A stretch of 57,680 nucleotides of DNA from Clostridiales bacterium (GTDB taxonomy: Bacteria > Bacillota > Clostridia > Christensenellales > JAISNN01): positions 1 to 57,680 of the forward strand of contig JAISRB010000055.1 of assembly GCA_031273825.1 (NCBI GenBank), written 5' to 3'. Of this stretch, positions 47,264 to 57,400 are shown piece by piece. The notes beneath the pieces are model-generated. The model was not told the origin of the DNA, did not search any database, and worked only from the letters and a program-made list of their open reading frames with translations. The stretch's first letter is position 1. Every line of letters starts with the position of its first letter. The translations under genes and the position numbers were made by a program.

Positions 47264-48040
47264 ATGCTAAAGGTATGTCCGTTAGGGAGCGGAAGCAAAG
47301 GAAACTGCGTATATTTGCAGTCTGATAAGGCCAAAATTTTGATAGACGCGGGGCTTTCCTTCGCCGAAATCAAAAGACGGCTGAGCGATATCGACGTGAG
47401 GCTTTATGAGCTTGACGGCGTCATCATAACGCACGAGCACAACGACCATATAACGGGGCTTAGCGGCTTTCGCGGCAGCGGCATTCCGATTTTTGTCCAT
47501 ACCTTTGCCGCGCCGATAATAGGCGGCAAATTTCAAGGACTCGAGCTAAAAAAAATCTCGGAGCAAGCCTTTGACTTTGCCGACCTCAGCATAACGCCCT
47601 TCAAAATTCCCCACGACGCGGTCTACCCCTTGGGCTACAGAATATCGTCAAAGAACAAAACTCTGAGCGTCGCCACAGACGTGGGCTTTGCCGCCGACAA
47701 CATAATCGAGGCCATGAAAGACAGTGATTGCATCGTCGTCGAGGCCAACCACGACGAAAGCTTGCTGATAAACGGCGGCTATCCCAAACGGCTAAAGGAG
47801 CGCATTCTCGGCGGCCGCGGCCACCTCAGCAACGCAAGCTCCGCCGAGCTTTTGTCAAAAATAATCACGCGCCGCACGTCAAATCTCCTCCTCGCCCACC
47901 TCAGCGAGGAAAACAATCTTCCCGAGCTTGCCTTTGAAACCGTCGCAAAAAAGCTCGCCGAAAACGGCTTTTATGAGCGCGGAGACTTCAAAATCGGCGT
48001 TCTGAAACAGAACGAAAGAGGAAGTTTTTTTGACGTTTGA
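47264..48040 (+). CDS. MBL-fold metallo-hydrolase (YycJ/WalJ-like)
   Basis: LGSGSKGN and HEHNDHITG motifs. ATG at 47264. Confidence 0.85.
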   Translation: MLKVCPLGSGSKGNCVYLQSDKAKILIDAGLSFAEIKRRLSDIDVRLYELDGVIITHEHNDHITGLSGFRGSGIPIFVHTFAAPIIGGKFQGLELKKISEQAFDFADLSITPFKIPHDAVYPLGYRISSKNKTLSVATDVGFAADNIIEAMKDSDCIVVEANHDESLLINGGYPKRLKERILGGRGHLSNASSAELLSKIITRRTSNLLLAHLSEENNLPELAFETVAKKLAENGFYERGDFKIGVLKQNERGSFFDV

Positions 48041-48063
48041 GCTTATTCTTTAAAAAAAAATAA

Positions 48064-48107
48064 GGGAGAAGGCCTTCTTGCCGAAAGCCTTCCCCCTTGT
48101 TTTTTTT
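48064..48107. terminator. Bidirectional terminator between convergent genes
   Basis: GGGAGAAGGC-N13-GCCTTCCCCC, flanked by an A9 run upstream and a T-rich run downstream. Confidence 0.7.
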
Positions 48108-48127
48108 GTTTTGTTTGCCGGGTTTTA

Positions 48128-51100
48128 CTACGCCAGGTGATCCCTATAATGGTCCGCTCCCCATTCCAAAAACGCTTCTACGGCGTTATCATAAGTATGA
48201 TAAGGATCGGTCCCGTCCCATACGTTTACGTCGATCTGCGTCCAACCGGCTACAACGCCGGACGTTGCCTGCCAATCGGTGCTTCTATAGTCTATATAAG
48301 CGTTCTTTATCCAGCTAAAATAATTTTCGGTGTCCATGATCATATCGTTCATAACGAGCAGACGCTGCGTCAGGAAGTTTATCATATAGGCGTAATGATT
48401 GACAAACGTCAATTTATTTCCCTCGGTAAGCTCATCTAAATTAAGCCCCGTCAGCGTGTTAAACCACAACGTCTCGTTGGCAAGCGCGGCATCCATTATG
48501 TGCGCCTGATATTCTTGCAAAAAGACTATGTGCTCCTCGAACACGTCGTGTAACAGGTTCTCCCATCTCGCCTTCATAAGGGTGCGGAAATCCTCAAACT
48601 CGAGCATCTTTGCAAACCAGTTTCTCGTCGATATCCACGTATACGAGGCGTTGTCCGGGCTCTCGCTAGGGTTGACGACCGAGTTATAGCTCCAGAGTCC
48701 CGGATTTGTCGAACCCTTATATTCGGCGACAAACATATCGAAAGGACCGCCTACCGACCAGTCGATATCCCAGACCGGCCCCATTTTTAGCTTTCCGTCC
48801 GCGCTCTTGCTCATAAACACGCTCTTGCCGTAAACGTCGCAATTCATAAGCCACTCTTGAATGAGATAGTAGTCTATAAACGAATCCATATCGACAAGCT
48901 CGTTAAGCTTAGCCCAGACCTCCGGATCATAAGGGTGGCGCATGAGATAGTCTATATACTGAACGTAAGAATATATATACTTAAACTGCGTCTCCGTCAG
49001 GCCGTGCTCGTCAATGCTCGGGTATGCCACCTTGGCGACGACGTAGCCGTTCATGGTGCTAAGCGTAAACGTCGCGTCGTAGGTTGCCGCGTTGTAGTAG
49101 TTAAAATAGAACGCTCCGGTAGAAGGATTTTGCGCGAACGGATCGGCCGCCGTCGCGTCAAGCTCGACGAGGAAGGCAAAGTCGCTCCGGTCCGCCGGGT
49201 CAAACGTCGGCTCGTACATCGAGCCGCCCTCGGCTATCTCGTCCTCGTCCATCTCTATTCCCAGTCTCTGCTCCTGAATCTGATCCGTCAGCATATATAT
49301 GCCCTGATAAACACCGTTGATAAACACCTCGACGTGGTAGCCTATTCTGCCCGTGCTTTGCGTCTCGAGCTTTTCGGCAAGGCTAAGCGCGGCGTAGTCT
49401 CTGACGACCGCCGCGTCGAGCGCGGACGCCAAAAGCACCCAGCTCTTAAAGGCCTCGCTGCCAAAGAAGGAGGTCTTGGTGTCAAACTTGATGCGATAAG
49501 GCTTTTTTGCCCTGCTTGCGGTGGTGTTGCCTCTTACTCTTATGCCTCCGACCTTTCCGTCAAAATAGACGTATTCGTCCTCGACAAATTTGAAGCTCGA
49601 AAGCGTATAGTCGTCGTTGTCCGCGTCGCTTGTCTTAGGCGGAATCGGAACGTTTCCGTCGGTGGTTATATAGATTATCGGAAGTATTCCCGCCGTTATC
49701 GAATAAGGCGGCGTGTCAAATATCTCCGTCCATGCTCCGTCTGCGAGGCTTCTCGGGCGGTATTTGCCTACGTCCGCAGACGACCAGTCGATAAATTCCG
49801 CGTCTACGGCGTTGTCGTCGGTGTCGGCGAAGTCTATGCGCCTCAAGGCCTTTTGCTTTGACTGACCGGAAGGCGCGGCCGCGCCCTCAAAGGCGTCTAT
49901 GCTGTCGTTTTTGCCCGTGCCCTTGGCGGCGAGCATATCTATATAGCCGTAGGCCTTTGCGCCCTCTCCGTCGATATTAAAAGGATTCTCGACGGTCAAA
50001 ACCTCGGTGTTAGTCATCAAAACGACCTTGACCGACTTGTTTTGTAGGGTTATGCCGCTCCAGTTGAGGTCGGCCTCGGTTATTCTCAAATTTGCCGGGT
50101 CGGCCATGCCGGTGTTGGCGTAATCGGTCAGTCTTATAAGGAAGGAGGTCCTCGCCGGAATACTCCCGAAAAGCTCGATCATCTGCCACTCGGTTCCGCT
50201 GCTTGCCGCCTGCACAGACCAGCCGGCTATCGAGACGGCTACGTCGTTAGGGTTATAAAGCTCGATAAAGGAGTGTGAGCCCATAGCGTCCGTCTTGTCG
50301 GCCACGCCGTATATCTGATTGATTATAATCATGTCTTGCGCCGAATATTTTGCGTTCAGCGTGACGTTGTGAGACGGCATCGCCGTTCCGAATTGATAAG
50401 GAACCGTGTCCGGACCGTCGGCCTCGTACCAATATTCAAACACGTGTCTATAAGAATAAGGAATATAAGAGATCGACGTCGTCGCCGCTCCGACGGCGTA
50501 GCTGTTTTGGGCGACTATCTCGCCCTCGCTCGCGTATTTGAGGTAATAGTCAAATTTTGCGTATACGTTGACGGCCTTAGTCAGACGCGCCGAAACGTAT
50601 TCCGTGCCGTAAAACGGTACTGTCCAAACGTCCTCGTCATAATACCACCCGACAAACTCGCCGGAGTCCGCGGTTGCTTGCAAATTTGGCAGCGGAATTG
50701 TCTCTCTGCCGGAGGTCATATAGGTTGATACAAGCTTGTTTTCGGCGTAAAATCTGACGGGATATTGGTCAAACGCGCCCCATTTGGCTCTAAGTATGAG
50801 ATTTCTCGCCGGCATAACGTCGGTATAAGGTTGGGTCTCGTCGGTCTCATACCAATAATAAAACGCCAAATCGTCACGGGCAGGCGGAGACCACGGCGTG
50901 ATTGCAGCGCCCGAGACATAGGCGACCTTGTGCGTTCCCGAGCCGTATTCATAGGTCAGGTTGTAGTTAAACTTAGCGTAAACCCTTAGGTCGGAGGTCA
51001 ACGCCGACGTCTTATAAACGCTCGCGTCAAACGGAGTGCTTATGTTGCCGTTGATATACCAGCCGATAAAATTGCCGTATACCGCTCCGGGCGTAGTCGG

Positions 51101-51280
51101 CAATTTTATTTCCTCATTGCCCGCGGTCTCGACTGTGTCGTAGACCTCGTTTTCGACGATAAACTCGATTTTGTAAACCGTCGGCTTCTTTTTAGTCCAC
51201 GTCCAATCGCAACCCGCCGCTGCAAGCGCAAAGCAGGTCAGCAACACGGCCGCCAAAACTAATTTTGTTACCTTTTTCAT
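48128..51280 (-). CDS. Secreted (probable lipo-)protein: B-repeats, lamin-tail domain and CotH-family domain
   Basis: Signal peptide MKKVTKLVLAAVLLTCFALAAAGC. InlB-type repeats (FIGWYING, FYYWYETD, FVGWYYDE). LTD (SFIELYNPNDVAVSIAGWSV). CotH-like (YHVEVFINGVYQGIYML, GPVWDIDWSVGG). Confidence 0.85.
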   Translation of the reverse strand: MKKVTKLVLAAVLLTCFALAAAGCDWTWTKKKPTVYKIEFIVENEVYDTVETAGNEEIKLPTTPGAVYGNFIGWYINGNISTPFDASVYKTSALTSDLRVYAKFNYNLTYEYGSGTHKVAYVSGAAITPWSPPARDDLAFYYWYETDETQPYTDVMPARNLILRAKWGAFDQYPVRFYAENKLVSTYMTSGRETIPLPNLQATADSGEFVGWYYDEDVWTVPFYGTEYVSARLTKAVNVYAKFDYYLKYASEGEIVAQNSYAVGAATTSISYIPYSYRHVFEYWYEADGPDTVPYQFGTAMPSHNVTLNAKYSAQDMIIINQIYGVADKTDAMGSHSFIELYNPNDVAVSIAGWSVQAASSGTEWQMIELFGSIPARTSFLIRLTDYANTGMADPANLRITEADLNWSGITLQNKSVKVVLMTNTEVLTVENPFNIDGEGAKAYGYIDMLAAKGTGKNDSIDAFEGAAAPSGQSKQKALRRIDFADTDDNAVDAEFIDWSSADVGKYRPRSLADGAWTEIFDTPPYSITAGILPIIYITTDGNVPIPPKTSDADNDDYTLSSFKFVEDEYVYFDGKVGGIRVRGNTTASRAKKPYRIKFDTKTSFFGSEAFKSWVLLASALDAAVVRDYAALSLAEKLETQSTGRIGYHVEVFINGVYQGIYMLTDQIQEQRLGIEMDEDEIAEGGSMYEPTFDPADRSDFAFLVELDATAADPFAQNPSTGAFYFNYYNAATYDATFTLSTMNGYVVAKVAYPSIDEHGLTETQFKYIYSYVQYIDYLMRHPYDPEVWAKLNELVDMDSFIDYYLIQEWLMNCDVYGKSVFMSKSADGKLKMGPVWDIDWSVGGPFDMFVAEYKGSTNPGLWSYNSVVNPSESPDNASYTWISTRNWFAKMLEFEDFRTLMKARWENLLHDVFEEHIVFLQEYQAHIMDAALANETLWFNTLTGLNLDELTEGNKLTFVNHYAYMINFLTQRLLVMNDMIMDTENYFSWIKNAYIDYRSTDWQATSGVVAGWTQIDVNVWDGTDPYHTYDNAVEAFLEWGADHYRDHLA

Positions 51281-51481
51281 TTAGTCTCTCCTTTTTCGAT
51301 TCTATTTTTTTTGATTTGACTTTACCTCGTTTGTTTTTTCATAAGTTTTTTTGGGGGTGTTTTTTCGTTTGTTTGTTTGAGGATTTTTCGTTTGTTTGCT
51401 TAATATTTCGTTTGTTTTCCGATTACCTCTTTTGTTTTGCCGTTTTCTGTCTATATAGCTATCTGATATATCGTACTTGTT

Positions 51482-51508
51482 GTAGGGGCGGACGCCCTCG
51501 GCCGCCCG
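51482..51508 (+). repeat. REP-like palindromic element
   Basis: GTAGGGGCGGACGCCCTCGGCCGCCCG. Confidence 0.8.
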
Positions 51509-51599
51509 TCGTTCCCCGAATTTGTGTATGCCGTATTGTTTATGTACGTTGTCGTTGTTTTACGTGCGTCACGGATTGTTTATGTGCATTGCCGCTGTC

Positions 51600-51628
51600 T
51601 GCGGGCGGCCGGGGGCGTCCGCCCCTAC
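51600..51628 (-). repeat. REP-like palindromic element (inverted copy)
   Basis: The reverse complement, GTAGGGGCGGACGCCCCCGGCCGCCCGCA, is identical to the 47053-47081 core. Confidence 0.8.
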
Positions 51629-51670
51629 GATTCCGTTGTGTTTTATGTTGTGTGCGATATCGTTGCATTC

Positions 51671-54313
51671 TTAGGCGTTTTTGCTTTTTGTTATATTTGA
51701 CTTATGAACGACGGGCATTACGGCGGCATGGAACGCAGTCTCGCCGACGTTGTCAACCCACATTACGGGCAGGACGTTAAACCAATTTCCGTTGATGAGG
51801 TTTGGTTGAGTGATGAGTACGTCGTTGCTAGCCTTACCCTTTTGGAGCAGTGTCTCGCCGCTGAGAAGTGCAATCAAGCTTGCCGGGTTACTGTAGCTAA
51901 ATTGCGGCGTGCGCTGCGCCTGATTTATGCGCAAACGATTTGAATGCGACGAAAAATCGCTGTTGTATTGGGTATCTATATAGGTCATCAAGGTATTTAT
52001 ATCGTCGGTGTTTGCCCACGGTGCTATGACGTTGCCGCCATTTCTGTGATATACCTTGCTGTTATTGATGATGTTATCAAAGCCGTCCTCGCCGTCCTCG
52101 GAATCGGCCATCAGCACCACCGCTCCCGCCTTGTCGGTCACCGCGTCGCCGTAGGTCAGAGACCCGAGCGGTTTGGTCGAGGCGTTATAAGGAACGTAGT
52201 CAAAGAGCGATCTGCCGCCGGCCTCATGCTTGACGCTGTCGATAAAGTTATACAATGCCTGCAGGCTCGAGCCGTTGGTGTAAACCCTTTGTATGTCAAA
52301 GACTATCAGCTCTCTCGGGTGATCATACATAAACTGCAATGCGTCTCTCAGATAAGACTCAAAGGTGCTTGAGATAAGCCCGTGCTCGGTATACCATACT
52401 CCGTTTGAATGAACCAGCCGCACGTCATAGAGCCTTACGCCGTTTTTGGCTAAGTCGGACGCGCCGAGGCTTTGAGCTTTTGAAAGCCTCGCCGTAACAC
52501 TTTTTACCGTGCCTTCAAATGCCCCGAAACTACTCCCGTATTGAAGAAAATTCGGGTCAACCGGATTCCACTGATTGCCGCTCGCAATATTATGAGTAAA
52601 CGCGTCGTGCGCTCCCAGCATGGCTATATCGACTACCCTGATATTTTTGTTGAATATGCTGTTTGCCATAATATTAGAGTAGTAGTCCGTGTCCGTCGCA
52701 GTAAAGCCCGTCTCCGTCACCCACCTTGCGTAGAGCGTCTTTTGCGACGCCGTTCCTGTCGGAGTCCACGGGAAAAGAATCGGATAAGCATCGGAGGTTG
52801 ACTCGACCCACCCCAAAAACAGGCTTGAGGTCTTTGTCGGGTGCGTCGGCAGCGAGGCCGACTGCCCCGCGTAGACGGTTTGGTTAGGAATATCGCCCGC
52901 GCCGCCGTTTTTGTCAAATATGACGGTATAATAGAACGTCCACTTGGCGTAGAGCGTTATGTCGCCCGTAGGAGTATAAGGAAAGGTCACCTCGGAGCCG
53001 CTATAGCTTGACGACTCATACCACCCGTCAAAGCGGTAGCTTGCCAAAACCGGGTTGTCGGGCTTAGCTATCGACGAGCCGGCTCTGACATTTTGAGAGG
53101 CGACTCCCGACCCTCCCGTCGAGTCAAAGGTGACGGTATAAAGCTCCGTCCACTTGGCGTAGAGGGTTATGCTTCCCGTCGGGGTGTATGGCGAGTTTAT
53201 CTTTGAGCCGCCGCCGTCTTGACCGGTAAACCACCCGTCAAAGGCGTAGCCGGTTCTCACCGGCGTCGGCAGCTCTATGCTGCCGCCGGCTCTGACCGAT
53301 TGAGAGGATATCGGCGACCCGTTCATAAAATCAAGGGCGACGATATAGAGCGGAGCCGTCCGTTTGGCATAAAAAACCGCGTCGCCCCACGCTATATAAA
53401 AGTCGAGACCGTAGGCCGGAACGCCCTCAAAGCTTTGAGACGAAAACCACCCCTCAAAATCGGAATTGCCCGACAAAACGTTCGACAGCAATATCGACGT
53501 TCCGACGGTCGTAGCAATCGAGTCGACGGCAACGTCGCCGTCTTTAAAGGTTATAGTACACCGTTGATACCATTTTGCATATAGCGTTATGTCGTTTGCC
53601 GCCGTGTAATTCCACAAGGCCTTGTTGGCAAAGCCCGCGTCGGTATACCAGCCGTCAAATATGTAGCCGTCCTTTTGAAGCTTCGGCAACATAAACGCAG
53701 ACTCGGCGGAAACATTCATATAAAAGGTTCCGTCGAGGGGGTCGACAAAGGTGACCGTGCTTTTTTGGGCAAGCTTGGCATAAAGCCTGATATCCTTTGA
53801 CGGCTTATAAGGCAACCTTACGGCTAAGCCTAAGCAAGCCGGGTCGGTAAACCACCCCTCGATAATAGAGTCGCCGCTGACGAGGGGCAAATCGGCAGAT
53901 TCGCCTATAGGTACGACTATTGTTGCAGTCAAAGCCCCGCCTATATAAAGACCGACCGCGTATGAATTGACAAATTTGGCATAAAGCGTGACGCTCTTAT
54001 CGGGTATAAAAAACCAATCCTCGGCCGTTCCGCTAAGGTCGGGGGCGGCAAACCACCCCTCAAATATGTAGCCCGGTCTATAAATCGTAGGCAACAAGAT
54101 TGACGTTCCCGCGCCGACGCTGACCGGCTCGACGGGCGAGCCGCCGTTGCTGTCAAACGAGACGGTATAAACCTCCGCCGCATAAGAAACGCCGCCGCCG
54201 AACGGGCTTTTTTCCCCGACAAAATAAGCGCCTGCCGCCATTAACGACAAGAACGCCGCCGCCAATATGAGCGCGACTTTTCTTTTATCGGCAAATTTCA
54301 CTTTTTCTCTCAT
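51671..54313 (-). CDS. Surface protein: signal-anchor, about 7 B-repeats, PI-PLC X-domain-like C-terminus
   Basis: 880 aa. Repeats of the type VTFDSNGGS...GY.FDGWF...YTPT..ITLYAKW. C-terminal DIAMLGAHDAFTH, VRLYDVRL and WYTEHGLIS. Confidence 0.85.
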   Translation of the reverse strand: MREKVKFADKRKVALILAAAFLSLMAAGAYFVGEKSPFGGGVSYAAEVYTVSFDSNGGSPVEPVSVGAGTSILLPTIYRPGYIFEGWFAAPDLSGTAEDWFFIPDKSVTLYAKFVNSYAVGLYIGGALTATIVVPIGESADLPLVSGDSIIEGWFTDPACLGLAVRLPYKPSKDIRLYAKLAQKSTVTFVDPLDGTFYMNVSAESAFMLPKLQKDGYIFDGWYTDAGFANKALWNYTAANDITLYAKWYQRCTITFKDGDVAVDSIATTVGTSILLSNVLSGNSDFEGWFSSQSFEGVPAYGLDFYIAWGDAVFYAKRTAPLYIVALDFMNGSPISSQSVRAGGSIELPTPVRTGYAFDGWFTGQDGGGSKINSPYTPTGSITLYAKWTELYTVTFDSTGGSGVASQNVRAGSSIAKPDNPVLASYRFDGWYESSSYSGSEVTFPYTPTGDITLYAKWTFYYTVIFDKNGGAGDIPNQTVYAGQSASLPTHPTKTSSLFLGWVESTSDAYPILFPWTPTGTASQKTLYARWVTETGFTATDTDYYSNIMANSIFNKNIRVVDIAMLGAHDAFTHNIASGNQWNPVDPNFLQYGSSFGAFEGTVKSVTARLSKAQSLGASDLAKNGVRLYDVRLVHSNGVWYTEHGLISSTFESYLRDALQFMYDHPRELIVFDIQRVYTNGSSLQALYNFIDSVKHEAGGRSLFDYVPYNASTKPLGSLTYGDAVTDKAGAVVLMADSEDGEDGFDNIINNSKVYHRNGGNVIAPWANTDDINTLMTYIDTQYNSDFSSHSNRLRINQAQRTPQFSYSNPASLIALLSGETLLQKGKASNDVLITQPNLINGNWFNVLPVMWVDNVGETAFHAAVMPVVHKSNITKSKNA

Positions 54314-54337
54314 ACGGTCTATTACCCCATCGTTTAT

Positions 54338-54366
54338 ATTATATCACCAAAATCGACGCTTGTCAA
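54338..54366 (-). promoter_or_regulatory. Consensus sigma-A promoter for 51671..54313
   Basis: The minus strand reads TTGACA, a 17-nt spacer, then TATAAT. The -10 ends about 25 nt upstream of the ATG. Confidence 0.6.
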
Positions 54367-54424
54367 TACACAACTTTACAAAACCCGTGACAAAACTAAA
54401 AGCCGATTGCGTTTTTTGACGTTT

Positions 54425-57400
54425 TTACGCGTTGTTGCTTTTCTTTAAATTTGATTTGTGAATGACGGGCATGACGCCGGCGTGGAAAGCCGCCCCGCCC
54501 ACCGCGTCAACCCACATCACCGGCAGAACGTTAAACCATGTTCCGTTGGTCAGGTTAGCTTGATTTAACAGCGCGTTGTTGGTATCCGTACCCATCTCGA
54601 GCAACGAATAGCTACTGCCGAAAACACCGCCCATTACGTCCGTCCAGCTAATTTGCGGAGTACGCTGCGCCTGATTTATGCGGAAAAGATTTGAATACGA
54701 CGCAAAATTGTTGTTGACCGTGTTGTATTCGGTGTTTATAGCATTGACCAACGTATTCATATTGTCGGTGTTAGCCCAAGCGGCTCTGACGCCGGCGTTT
54801 CTGTCATAGGCCTTCAAATTGCTGTAGCCGGCGATTAGCAGCACCGCTCCCGCCTTGTCGGTCACCGCGTCGCCGTAGGTCAGAGACCCGAGCGGCTTTG
54901 ACGAGACGTTATACGGAATGTAGTCAAAGAGCGTTCTGCCGTTGTACGAGACTCCGGAGATAAAGCTATATAGCGCGCTGAGATTTGAGCCGTTGGTATA
55001 GATTCTCTGTATGTCGAGCACTATCAGCTCTCTCGGGTAGTTAGACATAAACTGCAATACGCCTTTGAGATAAGACTCAAAGGTATCAGAGATAAGCCCG
55101 TGCTCGGTATACCACGTTCCGTTCGTATAAACCAGCCGCACGTCAAAGAGTCTGACGCCGTTTCCGGCTAAGTCATACGCGCCGAGGCTTTGAGCCTTTG
55201 AATACGTCGTCGTCTGTGACTTTACCGTGCCCTCAAACCATTTAAAAAAGATATTATTTTTATTATCGAGATAATTCGGATCAACAGGATTCCACGGGCT
55301 GTCCTTTGAAATGCTGTGAGTAAACGCGTCGTGCGCTCCGAGCATAGCTATATCGACGACGCGGACGTTTTTGCTGAACACGCTGTTGGCCATCGCGTTA
55401 GCGTAATAAGTCGTACTCTTAAACTCGGTCTCCGTCGCCCACCTCGCATAAAGCGTCTTTTGCGACGCCGTACCCGTAGGAACCCACGGGAAAAGCTCCG
55501 GATAATCGGCGGAGGACGTCAACCCCCACCCTAAAAAGACGCTTGACGTCTTTGTCGGGTGCGTCGGCAACGAGGCCGACTGCCCCTCATAGACGATTTG
55601 GTCGGGAATATTGCCCGTCCCGCCGTTTTTGTCAAATATGACGGTATAATAGAACGTCCACTTGGCGTAGAGCGTTATGTCGCGCGTAGGAGTATAAGGA
55701 AAGGTCACCGCCGAACCGCTATATGCCGACGACTCGTACCACCCGTCAAAGCGGCGGTTTGCCCAACTCGGGTCGCCGGGCTTAGCTATCGACGAGCCGG
55801 CTCTGACGTTTTGAGAGGCGACTCCCGACCCTCCCGTCGAGTCAAAGGTGACGGTATAAAGCTCCGTCCACTTGGCGTAGAGGGTTAGGCTTCCCGTCGG
55901 TTGATAAGGCGAGGTCACCGCCGTCCCCGTGTAGTTTGACGACGTAAACCACCCGTCAAAGGCGTAGCCGGTTCTCACCGTCGGCGGCAGTTCTATGCTC
56001 CTGTCGGCTCTCACCGTTTGAGAGCCGACGGCCGAGCCGCCCATAGAATCAAAGGCGACGGTGTAGAGAACCATCCATTTGGCGTATAGCGTTATGCTCG
56101 CCGTCGGCGTATAAGGCGAGGTCAACGCCGTGCCGGTAAGAGCCGTCGACGTAAACCAACCGTCAAATTCATTGTTAGCCTTTGACGGAGTTATCAAAGT
56201 TATCGACGCGCCCGCCCTCACCGTTTGGGAGCTTACCGACGAGCCGCCGTTTGAATTGAACGTCACCGTGTAGAGAACCGTCCATTTGGCGTATAGCGTT
56301 ATGCTCGCCGTCGGGGTGTAGGTCGTAGGCAATACCGTTCCCGTGCCGCTCGACGAGGTCACCCAGCCGTCAAAGGCATAGCCGCTCCTTGTCGTTGTCG
56401 GCAGAGTTATCGACGAGCCGGCTCTCACCGTTTGTGAGCTTACCGACGAGCCGCCCATAGCGTTAAAGGCGACGGTATAGAGAGCCGTCCATTTGGCGTA
56501 AAGCGTAATATTGCCCGTCGGGGTGTAAGGCGAGGTCAAAGCCGAGCTGGTAAGAGCCGACGAGGTAAACCAGCCGTCAAAGTCATAGCCGCTCTTTGTC
56601 GTTGTCGGCAGAGTTATCGACGAGCCGGCTCTCACCGTTTGTGAGCTTGCCGACGAGCCGCCGTTTGAATCAAAAGTGACGGTGCTTTTCCATGCGGCGT
56701 ATAGCGTGATATTGCCCGTCGGCGTATAAGGCGAGGTCAACGCCGTGCCCGCAAAAGCCGACGAGGTAAACCAACCGTCAAAGGTATAGGTTCCTCTCGT
56801 CGGGGTCGATAGAGTCACCGACGCACCCTCCCTCACCGTCTGCGGGCTTACGGACGAGCCGCCGTTTGAATTGAACGTCACGGTATTTTTCCACGCGGCG
56901 TAAAGCGTAATATTGCCCGTCGGCGTATAAGGCGAGGTCAAAGCCGTGCCGTCAAAAGCCGACGACGCAAACCAGCCGTCAAAGGTATAGCCGCTCCTTG
57001 TCGGGGTCGGCAGAGTTATCGACGAGCCTGCTCTCACCGTTTGGGAGCTTACCGACGAGCCGCCGTTTGAATTGAAAGTCACGGTATTTTTCCATGCGGC
57101 GTAAAGCGTTATGTTGCCAGTCGGGGTGTAAGGAGAGGTCAAAGCCGTGCCGTCAAAAGCCGACGAGGTAAACCAACCGTCAAAGTCATAGCCGCTCCTT
57201 GTCGGGGTCGGCAGAGTTATCGACGCGCCCTCTCTCACCGTTTGGGAGTTTATAGACGAGCCGCCGTTTGAATTGAAAGTCACCGTGTTTTTCCACGCGG
57301 CGTAAAGCGTTATGTTGCCCGTCGGCGTGTAAGGCGAGGTCAACGCCGTGCCGTCAAAAGCCGACGACGCAAACCAGCCGTCAAAGGTATAGCCGCTTCT

